Assembly (NCBI GenBank): GCA_010093815.1
Contig: ML996566.1
Reading direction: 5' to 3' (one strand)
DNA length: 64,000 nt
Source of the DNA: Pseudovirgaria hyperparasitica
Taxonomy: Eukaryota
A program made the translations under genes and the position numbers. Under the pieces are notes generated by a model that saw only the letters and a program-made list of their open reading frames with translations, did not search any database and was not told the DNA's origin. Below are positions 39,258 to 52,009 of the stretch, piece after piece. Numbering within the stretch: the stretch's first letter is position 1; each line of letters begins with the position of its first letter.

Positions 39258-40898
39258 ATGAGCCTTTACCAACACGGCAATCAAGGTCAGGAACACGCGA
39301 TAGTACGCGAAGCAAACAACCACCGAGAAAATTCCGGATATCAAAGGTAGATCCTATCTAATTGCTACGAATATTGAATCCCTATAGAATACTAACTCTG
39401 CCATCTGCTAGATACATAGTATCGTTTCATACCGGAGTAATCCATTTACTGAGGTAGGCACAACAGTAATGACGTCATTGGTTGGCTCAGAACTCTGATT
39501 TGACCAGGAATCGGAGTATCTGCTTCGGTGGATCACACCGAAGAATGCATGGGCACAAGAACACCCGCCATTATCATGGCATACGCTGGAACAACTGTCG
39601 TCGTGTCTCAGCATATTACAGGACTATCTACAGCGCCAAGTCGACATTCAATCGGCTAGCAGTAGAAAAATCTCGCCTACCGCAGAATTGCATCACAGCG
39701 TCGCGATTTACAATGGAGAGTTTGTAGAAATATCTGAACAGGTACACTGTATATCATCTCAGGTAATTGTCGCCCGCTGTCCTAATGTATTTCGCAAGCT
39801 GATACCAGGCCGAAGTCACCTGATGTGTCCACTTTAGAATTGAGGAATATTCCCCCTCCACAAGAACTCACAATACTCCATCGTCGACAAGCGGAATTGG
39901 CAATCAGGGCAGAGTTTCAACGCCGTCTCAAGCAGATCCGAGGCCCACCAATTACGATCAGTAACACGGTAGATGCGACAACACCGTCCCTAAAGTTTGA
40001 ATTCATAGAAGAATACAAGATTCGGCCCGGTGTCCATCGCGCAGATGAAGCGACTATAACAGGTTGCCAAAGCTGTTCGCCCAAGATGGGTAGAGGTATC
40101 GGGTGCGAATACACTAAGAAGTGTGAATGCCTGGAATACGCCCTCGTCAACGAGAAGAACTTGGACGATAAGCAGCGGGAGTTATATGCAAAGATCCAGG
40201 AAACGCGTGAGGGTAGCACAATGGGCATGCCGAAGAAGTTTCCTTACTATGTTACTGGATCGTACAGGAACGGGTGCCTCGTTAGCTTCTATTTAGACAG
40301 TCGACACCCGATTTATGAATGTAATCAGAACTGTGCCTGCGGCCCGGGTTGCAAAAATCGTAAAGTTCAACATGGTCGCAAGGTGCGCCTAGAGATCTTC
40401 AAGACGGAGACTCGGGGCTGGGGGTTACGGGCTCTAGAAAAGCTGGTTCGCGGTACTTTCATCGATACATACCGTGGAGAGGTCATCACGGATAAAGTAG
40501 CCTCGGCGCGCGAAGCGAAAGGAGACCGATCGAAAGCGAGCTATCTATATGAACTAGACAAGTTCAAAGAAAGCCAAGGCATCCCTCAAGAAGATATATA
40601 TGTTGTAGATGGGCAATTCTTCAGTGGGCCGACCCGTTTCATGAATCACTCTTGCGAGCCGAATTGCAAGCAGTACACGGTCTCTTACAATAAGCATGAT
40701 TATCGCATATACGACATCGCTCTCTTTGCGTATAGAGATATTGAGCCTCTCGAAGAGCTCACATTCGACTACCAAGACAAAGACGAGGAGGAAGAAGAAG
40801 ACGATGAAATGGACATCGAATTCTCACAGGCAGAGTCTGAAGAGAAAGTTCCCTGCAACTGTGGTGCAAAGAAGTGCAGGAAGTGGTTGTGGATCTAA
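39245..40898 (+). CDS. dim-5: Histone H3K9 methyltransferase (DIM-5/Clr4/SUV39 type) with degenerate N-terminal chromodomain; 5' exon structure approximate
   Basis: Pre-SET Cys cluster (GC..C..C..CECL, IYECN..CAC...C.N), SET RGWGLR, YRGEVI, SYLYELD, RFMNHSCEPN, ELTFDY, post-SET CNCG..KCRKWLW. Upstream exons 39245-39346, 39412-39453 and 39508-~39762. Confidence 0.92.
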
Positions 40899-42281
40899 GC
40901 AATATGAGTGACCTACTCTTATCAGCAGGGACTGCGAATGTGTCAATAGGTTCGAGGAAGAACGCTAAGAGGAAGTATGCTCGGAGGAAGAATCCAAGCC
41001 CAGATCTTGGCTTTCAAACGTGGACAAGATATAGCACGATTGGGATCGGTCCGATAACTTCCTGTCATCTCAGGTCAGTCGGCAAAGTGCGTGTCGTCCA
41101 GCATGTTTAGCCTTCTTCGCAAACCCGAATGTTAGCTGACGCCTGATCGTCTTACGGATGCATCCAAACTATGAATCCACGTACCACGTGCACACTGCAT
41201 CTTGATTTGCGCAGCAGTCAGCATGCTTCTGATTCAGGGTGAAGGGGGCTACCGGGAAGCAGTTATAGGTAATCAATATTGCTATAGATTCTATGTTACT
41301 GTGGAACATACCTGCAGTCGTCTTTCAAAGAGCAACGATACAGTCACGGACTTGTAAATACTTCACTCATAGATTATCTATAAATTTATGTGTCGTATAA
41401 GTATCCCCATCATGGCCTACAAGAACCTCGATGAGGATCAGGCAAACAACCTGATGTGATGTCGTATATCGCGAGAGGCCAGGGGAGTAGGGTCCTAGAT
41501 CCCCATGCTCTACCTAAAAAATTATGCTAATAGCTTCGACCGCAATACGTCTGAAGATTGTCGATCTTCTAATACAGCGTTTTTGTGACGAACTATCAAG
41601 AGATACAGGCCAAGAAAATTTCGCATGAGAATGTTATTCGGTCGAAATAGTAACCTCCCTAGGAGGGGCAAAGACATACTCAATTGGAAAAAGCAAATAT
41701 GCACACCTTTATAAGAGACTTGCGATAGTATACATAGGCGCATACTGTTTGAATAGTACAGAATCATAAACCCACAGAAAGGGAAATAAGATTCGAAGAA
41801 GCGATCACAATGCAGCTGCGGAAGAGCTTCATTGCTTGATACTCGCTTTAGTCTCAGAGTATTATCAACCAACACAAAGAAAGTCTTCCAAGACTGTTAC
41901 GTGAATGTGTCTGTTATTGATACCCCATCTTATTTGCCATATGCTCCAAGCCACTTTCAAAATGCGTTCTAAAGCACCGTAACACCAAGACGCCCGGATC
42001 TACCAGGAGTCATGTTGCTGACACCTCCGCGTGTGCTTTCCGTGCCCTGAATTCATATATATGCAGAGTTCCCTCCACTGGTGTAAATGGTGTAGAGTCT
42101 GGACAATGATGCCTGCCTCAGAAGGACAGTTCTATACACCTCGCGATTACAAACAATAACTTATCTACCCATAGTGTTGCACCCGAGAAGCTTGATATAT
42201 GCCCTTCCGTCTATCCAGAGTCCTCAACTCAACATAGGGCCGCCGGATCAAAACAATATCGCTATCTCGGTTGACCTCAAA

Positions 42282-43885
42282 ATGAAAGTCGAAGTCAAGT
42301 CCAGAGACATGAAACCTTAAAATGCGATCAAGGACAAAGAGGGCGTTGACACGCTGAACTTTTCCGGAGCTTGCGGGAAGTCTAGTCCAGCTGAGATCAC
42401 CCTGGTCAGAAAACTGGATCTCTGAATTATGCCTGCCTTCTGCCTTACGTACTGGCTGAGCTTTCTCGTGAGCCCCTGTCCATCACTTTCCAAATTACCG
42501 ACTACTGACTCAAAACCAAGACCACAATGCCATTGATCTCGCAGGGCTCAATACTCTGGGTGAGGACCTGGATCTAGCAGACTCCCGGAAGTTAGGAAAC
42601 TTAGATCATCGAGTGTACGCTGATGCATCAGGACACTGGCTCGTGTGTCTATCCGTTTGATAGCTTATACACTAGGCTAAGTTCCTTCCAATTTATTCTT
42701 TACACGTAAGAAGCCAGGCCATCATATGGCTGGCTGTATAGCACTTGACGCTGTGGTCTCAGAAGTGACTACACTTGCCCAAGACTACGAGTGTCCCCTC
42801 CTATGCGTTTCTCCCTTGGTGTGACTGAAGCACTATATTACCACAGAGCTTTTTGCGTGCTTTCGATATTATATACTTGCAAGGAGATTGCGACCAGAAT
42901 GTTGATCTTATATACCAGCTATACCTATGCAATCGTATTCACGGGCTTGATCGCTGGGGATTTATGAAAGTGTTGAGCAAGTTGCCGTAATAGCTACGAG
43001 GCAAAGGCTTTTCATGTCACATCGTGGTGTAATGTTCGTAATCGCAATGATTCAGCATCTAATCTCCCTGATGACCCACTGATCAATCATTCGCTCACAC
43101 CAGATGAAAAGCTGAGGACAGCTGCAGTAGAAGTTAGGGATCAGATTGTGATTTCAGATGATGGAATCTGAGTAGCAGATCGTTCTGGGATAGATGATGT
43201 ACAGGAGGAGGTTACAGTCATTGTTGTTGTGACGGTAGGGTTAGATTTTAGGCGCTAGACTATCTCAAGACGCTGAGATATACTTCTGACCATGGGTCGT
43301 GTTTGGGACCTCGGATCTGCGAGCTATCAAAGAAAACCTGATGGCGCTGCTAGTGTAAGTCGAATGGATTGGACGTGGGATTCATATTATCTGCAGCACT
43401 ACGCCTGGGTGTCATGCGGCAAGGCTCTTGGTGGGACAATGTCCGAGAAAACGGGGCAGATCAGAACCCTATTTCATGAAGGAAGGTGTGGCAGACCCGC
43501 TGAGTGGTCACAAGGCATGGTTTGAGAGTGTGTGAGCAATTGCCTGGTATGCATTCGGTAAAGTTGAGAAGACTGGGTTTAGGCCAGAGGAGAAATTTTT
43601 GCTTTAAGGAGAAGGAATCTAGGAGCTTAGAAGCTATAGATACTATTACTAACGTAATTAATCTACTGGGCATGTGTATCAGAGTCTTGTCTGCATAATG
43701 CACTGCTTAGAAAGAAGGATGACATTTGCTTACACCGTCAAGAGGTTTGGACACCTGCTCCAGGATACTGAATGCTATGGTTCTTCCGATACTCGACAGC
43801 AAGATACGTGGCAATCTGCGGACTGCAGATCGAAGCAATGTCTAACAAAGAATCACGAACCTCTAACAGCACCATTTGGGGTGTA
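42282..43885 (+). pseudogene. Decayed MFS transporter (allantoate permease/ACS family) pseudogene; 3' end approximate
   Basis: Recognisable fragments LVRKLDL*IMP..YWLSFL|DHNAI..LGEDLDL, CVSI..YTLG*VPSN, RFSLGVTEALYYP, LSILYTCKEIATR, GLIAG, PDDPL..LTPDEK, with multiple stops and frameshifts. Confidence 0.8.
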
Positions 43886-44429
43886 GGAGGACTATGTGAA
43901 AGGTCTCATCATGCGATTGTCCCCAGGGATGTTTCCATTGTTCGATCTTCAGATACTGATAACCAATACATGCATTGACTATTCTGAAGAAATTGCCAAA
44001 CTATATACATAGTGTCATACGCTCATAGGTGAGTATACTTTCGACATTCTGTAGTGATTATACTCACCATCAAACGACACAGTCCCCTTGTGACAATGGA
44101 GATGCTGGCACCACTCCTCTTTAGACTTGGAGAGCCATGAGAGTGGCAGTGTCGTTTGAGATCGCATAGTTGTATGAGACGAAGCGGTGAGTACTGGTTT
44201 GCACTGGCATAGTCATGAATCTGGCTTTGGAAGTGGGCGGATCCAGTTCACAATGAACTTGCTGCATCCTTTGCCTTGGTAGCGCGCCCCTTGTCAGGAG
44301 AGACTGGAGGTTGTCGTATCCCCACCGTTATGTCGAGAAACAGGCTGTAGCGACGGTCATCCTTTGGTTCCAAGTAGGCTGGTCTTCTGACTGCAGTAGA
44401 CGCAAGATATCTGCGCGCATACAACCGCT

Positions 44430-44840
44430 TCAAAATGCCCGTCCAATCTCCGAAGGATGTCCCCCATACCGCGAGTCATCGTGATCCGAAACAGCCTTGA
44501 CCGAAACTATACTTATATCTTTCTCTCCATAGATGCCTAGCGCTTCGTCCCCTATCATGGTCAGATCTCTCGACTCCTTCTTCTGCTTCGACAAGATGAC
44601 GATGAATGCGACAACAATGGCCACGACAGCTACAGCCAGTCCGACTCCGAGTCCGATGTATAGCTCTGTGGAGAAATGTATTCCGCCGGATGGGTCAGCT
44701 GTGACTGGTTGTGGTGGTGCGACTCTTGGAAGATTCTCCACCTGGGCGTTGTTGCGTGCTATTACGGTTGACTTGTAGACAGTGGTCTCGAATAGTCCTC
44801 GCATGTTGTTGTGTGCGAACCACTGTGCGCAGGGAGGCAT
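44430..44840 (-). CDS. Small single-pass membrane protein, unknown function
   Basis: 136-aa ORF with one strong TM (YIGLGVGLAVAVVAIVVAFIVIL) followed by a basic stop-transfer (SKQKK). Confidence 0.55.
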   Translation of the reverse strand: MPPCAQWFAHNNMRGLFETTVYKSTVIARNNAQVENLPRVAPPQPVTADPSGGIHFSTELYIGLGVGLAVAVVAIVVAFIVILSKQKKESRDLTMIGDEALGIYGEKDISIVSVKAVSDHDDSRYGGHPSEIGRAF

Positions 44841-45663
44841 TTTCTTTCAACTGCTCTTCCCTAAACGATTGTGTTATGTTTTTGTTGATGCCTTCTCAGT
44901 TGTTAGCGAGAAGCCAGTACGTCCGTCAATCACAAGAGATGGATCCCTGTGGAGTGAGACATACTGTGAAAAGAGTGACGATACTGAGACCAGCTGTTTT
45001 TCAAAGCCTTGTAACATGAGGGAATAAGAAGCAGACAATCGAAATGCACAAGCGATTCCTATACAATTTGATCTCTACGAAAAGACCCTTACACGTGCCA
45101 TTCGCGCAGCGTTGTGGGGATCCTAGCCCAGCCATCGATAACAGGATCAATTTCCCGAAAAATTGTCGCAGTCATTGGCCCGAATGCTATGATCGACATA
45201 TTAGAAAACAACATAATGGATTAGTATCCATTGATCTAAAGATGCCCCTGCACTAACTGCCGTACCGGCATGTACGACGGTTGCACTAGAGTCTCGGCGC
45301 ACGACATGATCTACGTGGGTCGATTGAAAGGAATAGAGCCGACTCGTAGTGTTGTAACCTGCAATAGCTTCGGATACAAGAGAGATTATTTGAAATGTGA
45401 GGATCAGGTTTAGAATTTACTGAGCTCGCAAGGCTTCCTATATTCCCTGAAAGGGCGAGCGAATGATTTCAATAAGCGCGCATAAGAACGGAGATTATAG
45501 GACAATAGTGTGCATTTCGGACTATTATATGGGAGCTGAGTAACGGTATAGACAGCTATTTGACAGAACAGAATAGTTTGAGCGTACATTGTGTAAGCAT
45601 GCGAAATATCGAAGAATAACATGCAAGTGGAATAGCTCCACGAAGCCCTGAATAATCCAAGTC

Positions 45664-46585
45664 TCATGGAAGCCCTCGTCCAGTGTTGATTGCATCTGCA
45701 AGTTGACTAGTGTTTGGTCTGTTCTCGGCGTATCTTTCATAGCTGTCTAGATATAGATCATCGGTACTGGTCGTTGCTTGAACAGCTTTATGATGCTCGA
45801 TAGCATCAACCCATCTAGCATATCGAGTTCCAGGCTCTGGGTCTGGCCAACCTCGATATGGACTCAGCACTCGCCTCATTCGTATGACCCATGGGGCAAC
45901 CTGTACATCGACAAAAGAGATCTCAGGGCCCAGGAAAAAAGGGCCATGCTGATCAGCGGCGTCGACCAAAGTTATGACTGTTTCTTTGAATTCTTTGGCG
46001 TATTGAATCTGCTTCTCACCATCTTGCTCCTGAAGGTAGCGGTAGAAAGCTGGTATAATCTTACTATGGACGTGTAAAGTCCAAAGTCTCGAATGCGCTT
46101 TCTGCTGGGGTGTGCTCGGAAGAAGAGGCGTCCCTTGGCCTAGGTCCTCGAGATATTCCATAATGATGGCGCTGTCGTTAATCGACCACTCTGGGCCATG
46201 GCGGATAGCTGGTACTAGCCCTTTGGGACTAATATCGAGTAATGATTGTGGCTTCTTATACGGATCAACCTCAATATACTGGTATGGCACACGCTTAATT
46301 TCCAATGCGATCCATGCTCGTTGTACAAAGGGGCTGTCGCATATCAGCAAGTGACACTCGGAGGCTGTGAAATGGATACCGAAGAGGGAGAAACACGCAG
46401 CCCCTTGTAATGATACGTAATAGATGAACAAATCGCGTAAAGAAAAGGGTGAGATACCAAAAGCAAGCGCCATATAGCTTCAGCGCAGTTTCTGAGGAGT
46501 GCGACTGGACCGTACTCAAAGCCTCCCCGGTTGCTTTCTGAGCATATGTCTTCTTCTGCTGCATGCCATGATTAGCGTCAGACAT
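45664..46585 (-). CDS. Glutathione transferase, Cys-containing (omega-like), 265 aa; exons 46585-46458 and 46333-45664
   Basis: LYGACFC-PFVQRAWIALE, PKGLVPAI, DSAIIMEYLED, GPFFLG.EISFVDVQVAPW. Confidence 0.92.
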
Positions 46586-46770
46586 ATTGCGGATCAGTGT
46601 GCGAAGTGTGATTGTAATGTCACAATAGCTTTGGATAGACCTGGCAAGCAAAATAGGAAAACGAACTGAGCCGAGAAGCCGGGCAGCGAAGAACGGGGTG
46701 AGCTATTTCGTAAAGCGTTCACATTGGGTTCGCACAAGTTCCCTTGTCAGAGCTCGGTAAAGGCTCGGAA

Positions 46771-46778
46771 TGACGTCA
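46771..46778. promoter_or_regulatory. Perfect CRE/ATF palindrome TGACGTCA about 190 bp upstream of the GST ATG
   Basis: Sequence match only; flanked by two GCTCGG repeats. Confidence 0.45.
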
Positions 46779-46989
46779 AACCAAGCTCTTGACTACTGAA
46801 CTCTGGAAATGCTATCCCTGATTCCTATCGGCAATAGGAAACTGGTGTTGCACTCTTGGAAAGGGTTTACACTATCTTCAGGAGAAAAAAAATCACTATG
46901 TGACGGCCTCTGGAGAACACAAGACCTGTATTCGATACACGAATACGATAGAGCGCCGTATGGTTCAGGACAATTGCGCAGACACTTAC

Positions 46990-48083
46990 ATGAGTGGATC
47001 TCCTAGACTTTCCATTCTTTGATACGAGTAACCTGAAGACTGAGTTTTTCTTGATTCGATCACTCTCTTCAATCGAATGTTTGTGAGGTCCAGGTACACT
47101 ATCAGTATTCCCATTCTCCTTCTTACCGTTGATTCTTTGTATAGAGAACCATTTTGATACTGAAGTGTCTTGTGGACCATATACGGGCGATGGCGTCATC
47201 CATATGCCGGTGTGAGATTGAACCAAGCCAGGAAATGCACTTGCCATATCACGTGACACTGTTTGGTGCCCCAGACATTTGTGCTGCTGTTCTAGTTCTT
47301 GAGGAATAGTTCCTCGATCATACTCCACGATTTTGATCTTCACGCCACACAAATCTCTTTCTCTGGCTACACGCCTGCGTTTCTTTCTGGCCGGATCCAG
47401 GGATTTGGCCGTACCAGGCGGGCGTCCTTTCAATCGACAATTCCAGTAGTGAGACACAAACGGCTTCAGTTTGTATGTTTGAGTTGAACGGTGAGAATAT
47501 ACATTGTCGACATGAGGGAAATACGTTTGAAACCTGAGAATAGAATGAGCCATCCCAGTCAGTTCCCAGTGGTGTACACATACTCGTCCTCAGTGAGGAA
47601 AATAGGCTCATCAACATTAAACAATCTCTCGCGCCAAGTCTGCAGATCCGGTGGATTTTCAATAAGCTTCATTGGGCTTTCAAATTTGAGTTGATATGTC
47701 TCGATCTCATCTAGCTGAGGAGTCTCAGCCAGAGCTTGCACTTGATGAACATTACTGTTAGATACTGGATGAGAATGGTGGTGCATAGAAGTCTGTATTC
47801 GTGGACTTATAGACGACGGTTGCGGTATATGGCTCGCGACAGATGAGAAGGTAGGTATTTGTTCAGCGGGTTGCAGGTGGTCGGTCTGATAGAAGGTTGG
47901 ACGTGCTGCAAGGCCATGACTTTTAGAAGCACTGGCTGAGTGTTGTGGGAGCTTGAAGGTTTCTGCAAGAATGCATGGATTGTACTGCTGCTGTTGCTGT
48001 GCGGGTTGCTGATGGAGCTGCTGGTACACAGCTGAGTGCAGAGTAATCGAAGAACCAAGAAGATTAGATGTATCCGTATCCAT
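46990..48083 (-). CDS. Q-rich protein with WRKY/GCM1-like Zn-finger (C..C..HxH); probably the 5' exons of a fusion with the GST (exons 48083-47584, 47533-46990)
   Basis: LTEDEFQTYFPHVDNVYSHRST..HYWNCRLKGRPPGT..RKKRRR..RERDLCGVKIKIVEY..WFSIQRING..HKHSIEESD; perfect GTAAGT donor at 46989. Confidence 0.8.
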
Positions 48084-48348
48084 CACTCGCTAATAATGAT
48101 CAAAACAGATGTTGCTGCTTTAACATCCAGGTACCTTGCAGGACGAGGGTCTTACAACTTGCCGATCGGTTTCGATTACCGGGTCAGGCTACGAATTAAT
48201 GCCTTAGGCATACCTAAAAGCCCCTCTCCCAATTTCACAACCACACAAACCATGAACTCTTGGCATTGCGAAATTCGTTCCACTGCTACCAAGCGAACCT
48301 TAACGTCGACCAAAGAATATACCTTCCAATATACAATCATACTGCACT

Positions 48349-49561
48349 ATGGCTGACGCTGTAAAAGAGCCGTCGCTTCGTGCGGTCCAGATCGAAGCCC
48401 TTGTACGTCTAGGAAATATACAGAGTTTATGACAAATGAAGGCCCTCGCTGACACGCTCAAAGGTGGTCATGAAGATCATAAAACACTCCTCCCAATCGT
48501 TCCCGACGACGGCGACAGGATCGCTACTTGGTATGGATGTGAACGGAACTCTGCAAGTGACAAACTGCTTCCCATTTCCTACGATCGATGCCCCTGCGCA
48601 GGATGGTCATCAACAAGATTCCTCTTCGAATGTCGCTGCTGCCGCGCCACGCGCAAAAGCCAATACCGCTTACCAGAACGAGATGATCAAGTATCTCAGG
48701 GAGGTCAATGTAGACGCGCAGAATGTGGGATGGTATACGAGTACCAGCATGGGAAATTTCGTGAACCTGAACACGATCGAGAACCAATATTTCTACCAGA
48801 AGGAAATGAATGAGAGGACTGTAGCATTGGTGCACGATGTCAGTAGGACATCGCAAGGAAGCCTGAGCCTGCGGGCGTATCGCTTGTCGCCAGCATTCAT
48901 GACAGCATACAAGGAGGGCAAGTTCAACACGGAGAGGTATGTTACTATAACTTGGTCTGTCAAATATGCGTTTGCTAATCGATGATCAAGTCTCCAAAAG
49001 AGCGGCCTCCGCTACCAAGACATCCTCGTCGAACTCCCTCTCACAATTCATAACTCCCATCTCTTGACATCACTACTACACCAACTCCCTTCACAGCCAC
49101 CCAAGGAGGAGCTCAAATTCCCACCGAATCTTGCTGCACTCAACCATGACCTCAATACCTCCGAACCTCCTTTGTTTCCGAACTTCGAGTCTCTAGATCT
49201 TTCAATTGATCCATTCCTCGAGAAGACATGCGACTTACTACTGGAAAGCATAGAGAACCACCATACCGAGCTCAACAACCACCAGTACTACCAAAGGTCC
49301 CTTGCCCGTGAGCAAGCCAAGATTACTGCATGGCAACAAAAGCGCAAGGCAGAGAACCTGGCCCGTGCGGCTTCGAAGCAACCACTACTACCGGAGGATG
49401 AGTATCAGAGGCTGTTCAAGTTGCCTACCGAGCCCAGCCGGTTAGAAGTGCTTTTGAATTCGAGGCAGATTGAGCAGTATGCCCGCCAGGTCGATGGCTT
49501 TACCGCGACGGTAGATGCAAAGATGTTCGCAGTGAAAAACAACTTGCACCCTGGAGAATAG
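48349..49561 (+). CDS. EIF3H: Eukaryotic translation initiation factor 3 subunit H, 3 exons
   Basis: [56 protein letters not shown]. Confidence 0.95.
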
Positions 49562-50690
49562 ATGTATCAGGCATGGGACAGATGAGTAATGCTGAGAGAT
49601 TGGCATGGGACATGGCGTTCTGTGTGAGGGTGGGCTTCGTTCGAAGTAACACATCGGGTCTCGGTAGATGCCAGTAATTCAAATTCATGAACAAGCTGCG
49701 TCTCTCGACACAATTTGGCACAGACCTTTGCGCAGATTGACGTGCCAAGTGACATAGCGAGACTGCGAGCGGAGTTGAATGTCATAGTGTTTGTGAGACT
49801 TGGCATCATATTGAGCCAAAGGTTGTGGTATCGGTTGAGGCACGGTCATACAATTCGGCGCTAGTCTTGGATGATATTGAAGGTTATTGAACAATAAACT
49901 CCGAAGGATACGGGGCTATCAAAGATATATCACAAAACATCCTGGCCTTGAACTCTAACCGATGAGCGTAATGGAACCCGCTGAGACCTGCCCTTATACT
50001 CGGGGTTCCACCCTGCGACACTGTTGATATCAACATCGGAGTGATTTTACATGGGCTGTCGACGGTGCACTATTGTTATTAATCAATTACTCATACCAGG
50101 TTAAAGACCGAATGAAATGGCTAAAGTACGCATGAATAGGTAATTATTGGCCGAATGAATAGTATGAAAAGTGGTGGAGGTGGGGTTATCCTTGTACAAA
50201 ACAGCATTCGACGGTTCCTGACCGAAGCGGAAACGGCTTCGATCAAACCTCGCGATTGGTCTCTACCGGGGAAAACAGAGGATGATCGGCTGGCGTTCCT
50301 GCGACCTGACTGGCAGCTGATCACATGCGCTTCAGTCTAGTTTCAGTCTCGAGGCACTCCCATAGACCATACACGGCGGGAGAGAGATCTGTATCAAGAC
50401 CCGCCCGCGTATGACGAAAGAGGCCCTTGCCAACGAGCACTTTCGGGAAAGCGGCCTGATTCGGGCTCGGCCTTGTGGCATCCGGCCGCCGTAGGGTTGG
50501 TTGGTTGGCATGGATGTGAATGGATCGATCCTTCTCTATATACGCATGCCACTGCCGCCATGGTGGCTGCACTGCCTCAAGTCGCTGTCTCTCCTGTGTC
50601 TCACTCTCATTCTTCCCTCTGTTGTTCTTCTGTCCCAAGCAACTGTGCCAACGTCTCGCTTCAGCATCAATTGTGAACCGTATTGCCATC

Positions 50691-51594
50691 ATGCCTATTC
50701 GTAATCCATTCAAGAAGACATTGGGCGAAGTTGAGGTCCGGGACGAGAACCAACCCTTCCAGCGCAGAGGGCCAGACGGTGGTTTTCAGAGCACATATGT
50801 CACTGGCGCAAAGCCAATCGAGATCAAGGAACCGACAGAATACAAGCTTAGTGGTATGCATCGCCATCCAACCCTGATAGCGTTACTGCATAAGCGCATT
50901 TACGTTGCTGCGAATGCTGACCCTTTGCAGAAATCAACGACAGCGGGGTATTCCTACCTGTATGCGCCTTCTGATCTTCTGTCCAGCACCAGATCTACTT
51001 ACACATACATTATAGCCGTCGCCAACAGAGAAGAAGAGTTTCTGGGGTAGCCGATCAAACACCTCGACCACATCGTCATCAAATCATCGAAGCTTGCTGA
51101 ATGAAAATGAGCCGTTCAACATCTCGAGGGAGTCTTTCGATTCGTACAGGCGGTCTTTTGTATGTTGAAATGGCAAGGTACACATAATCATGCTAATTGC
51201 CAAATAGGACATCTCCGCTCGATCTCCGATAAGTGAAGTTGAACCGCGCTTAAGTAGAGAGTATGGTCGCCAAAGTCTTGATGCGCGCCGCGCCATCGCC
51301 CGTCCCTCCCGATCCTCCTTTGATCACCGCATCGACAGACCGGAAGCCATGCCAGAGGAAGGATTTGAAGAGGTCGGGCTGAACGATGAGGTCAAGCCAA
51401 AGAAACGTGGCTTGTTCTCGCGCTTCGGCGATTCGTCCGACTCAAATCATGCTAATCATTCGTCGGACAGCAGACCGTCCTCGAGCCACCATGGATTCCA
51501 CTTGCTCCCGGGAAGAAAGCGAGGCCAAAGCGGACAAGGCTCAGAGCTTCGACCCATGGCGAACAGCACACCGGAGATCAAAGTCGACTCGTAA
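50691..51594 (+). CDS. Fungal-type hypothetical protein, 4 exons
   Basis: MPIRNPFKK..EPTEYKLS|EINDSGVFLP|PSPTEKKSFW..EPFNISRESFDSYRRSF|DISARSPI..EEGFEEVGLND..KKRGLFSRFG; canonical introns keep the frame. Confidence 0.85.
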
Positions 51595-52009
51595 TTTCAG
51601 TCTCGCCATATATATTGATACATAATAATGATAATGGGGTCGGCTTGGACGGTGGTATCTCTCCATGGGGAATTCGGCGTTGAAACATATCTTGATGGTT
51701 GGATACGACTTCATGTCAATACATTACTACGATTGTTAGCGCTGCCTTGTGAGAATGATGCAGCGAAGTATGCCAGAGACGATAGATTCTCATGAACGGC
51801 AGACACGGGCTTCACGGAAGCGCCATACGTAGATAGTCAAGGGTCTCAGAAGATGGCACAATAGCAGATGAAACCAATGAAATGGCTAATCAAATCTTAC
51901 ACCGCCGTGCCTTCAGCTTTTTGTAGTGTTTTTAGTACCCACATGGAAGTTGAGACATATATCTCAAGACGTATATCATGTCGAACGAACCCTGCCCGAA
52001 GACAAGAAC

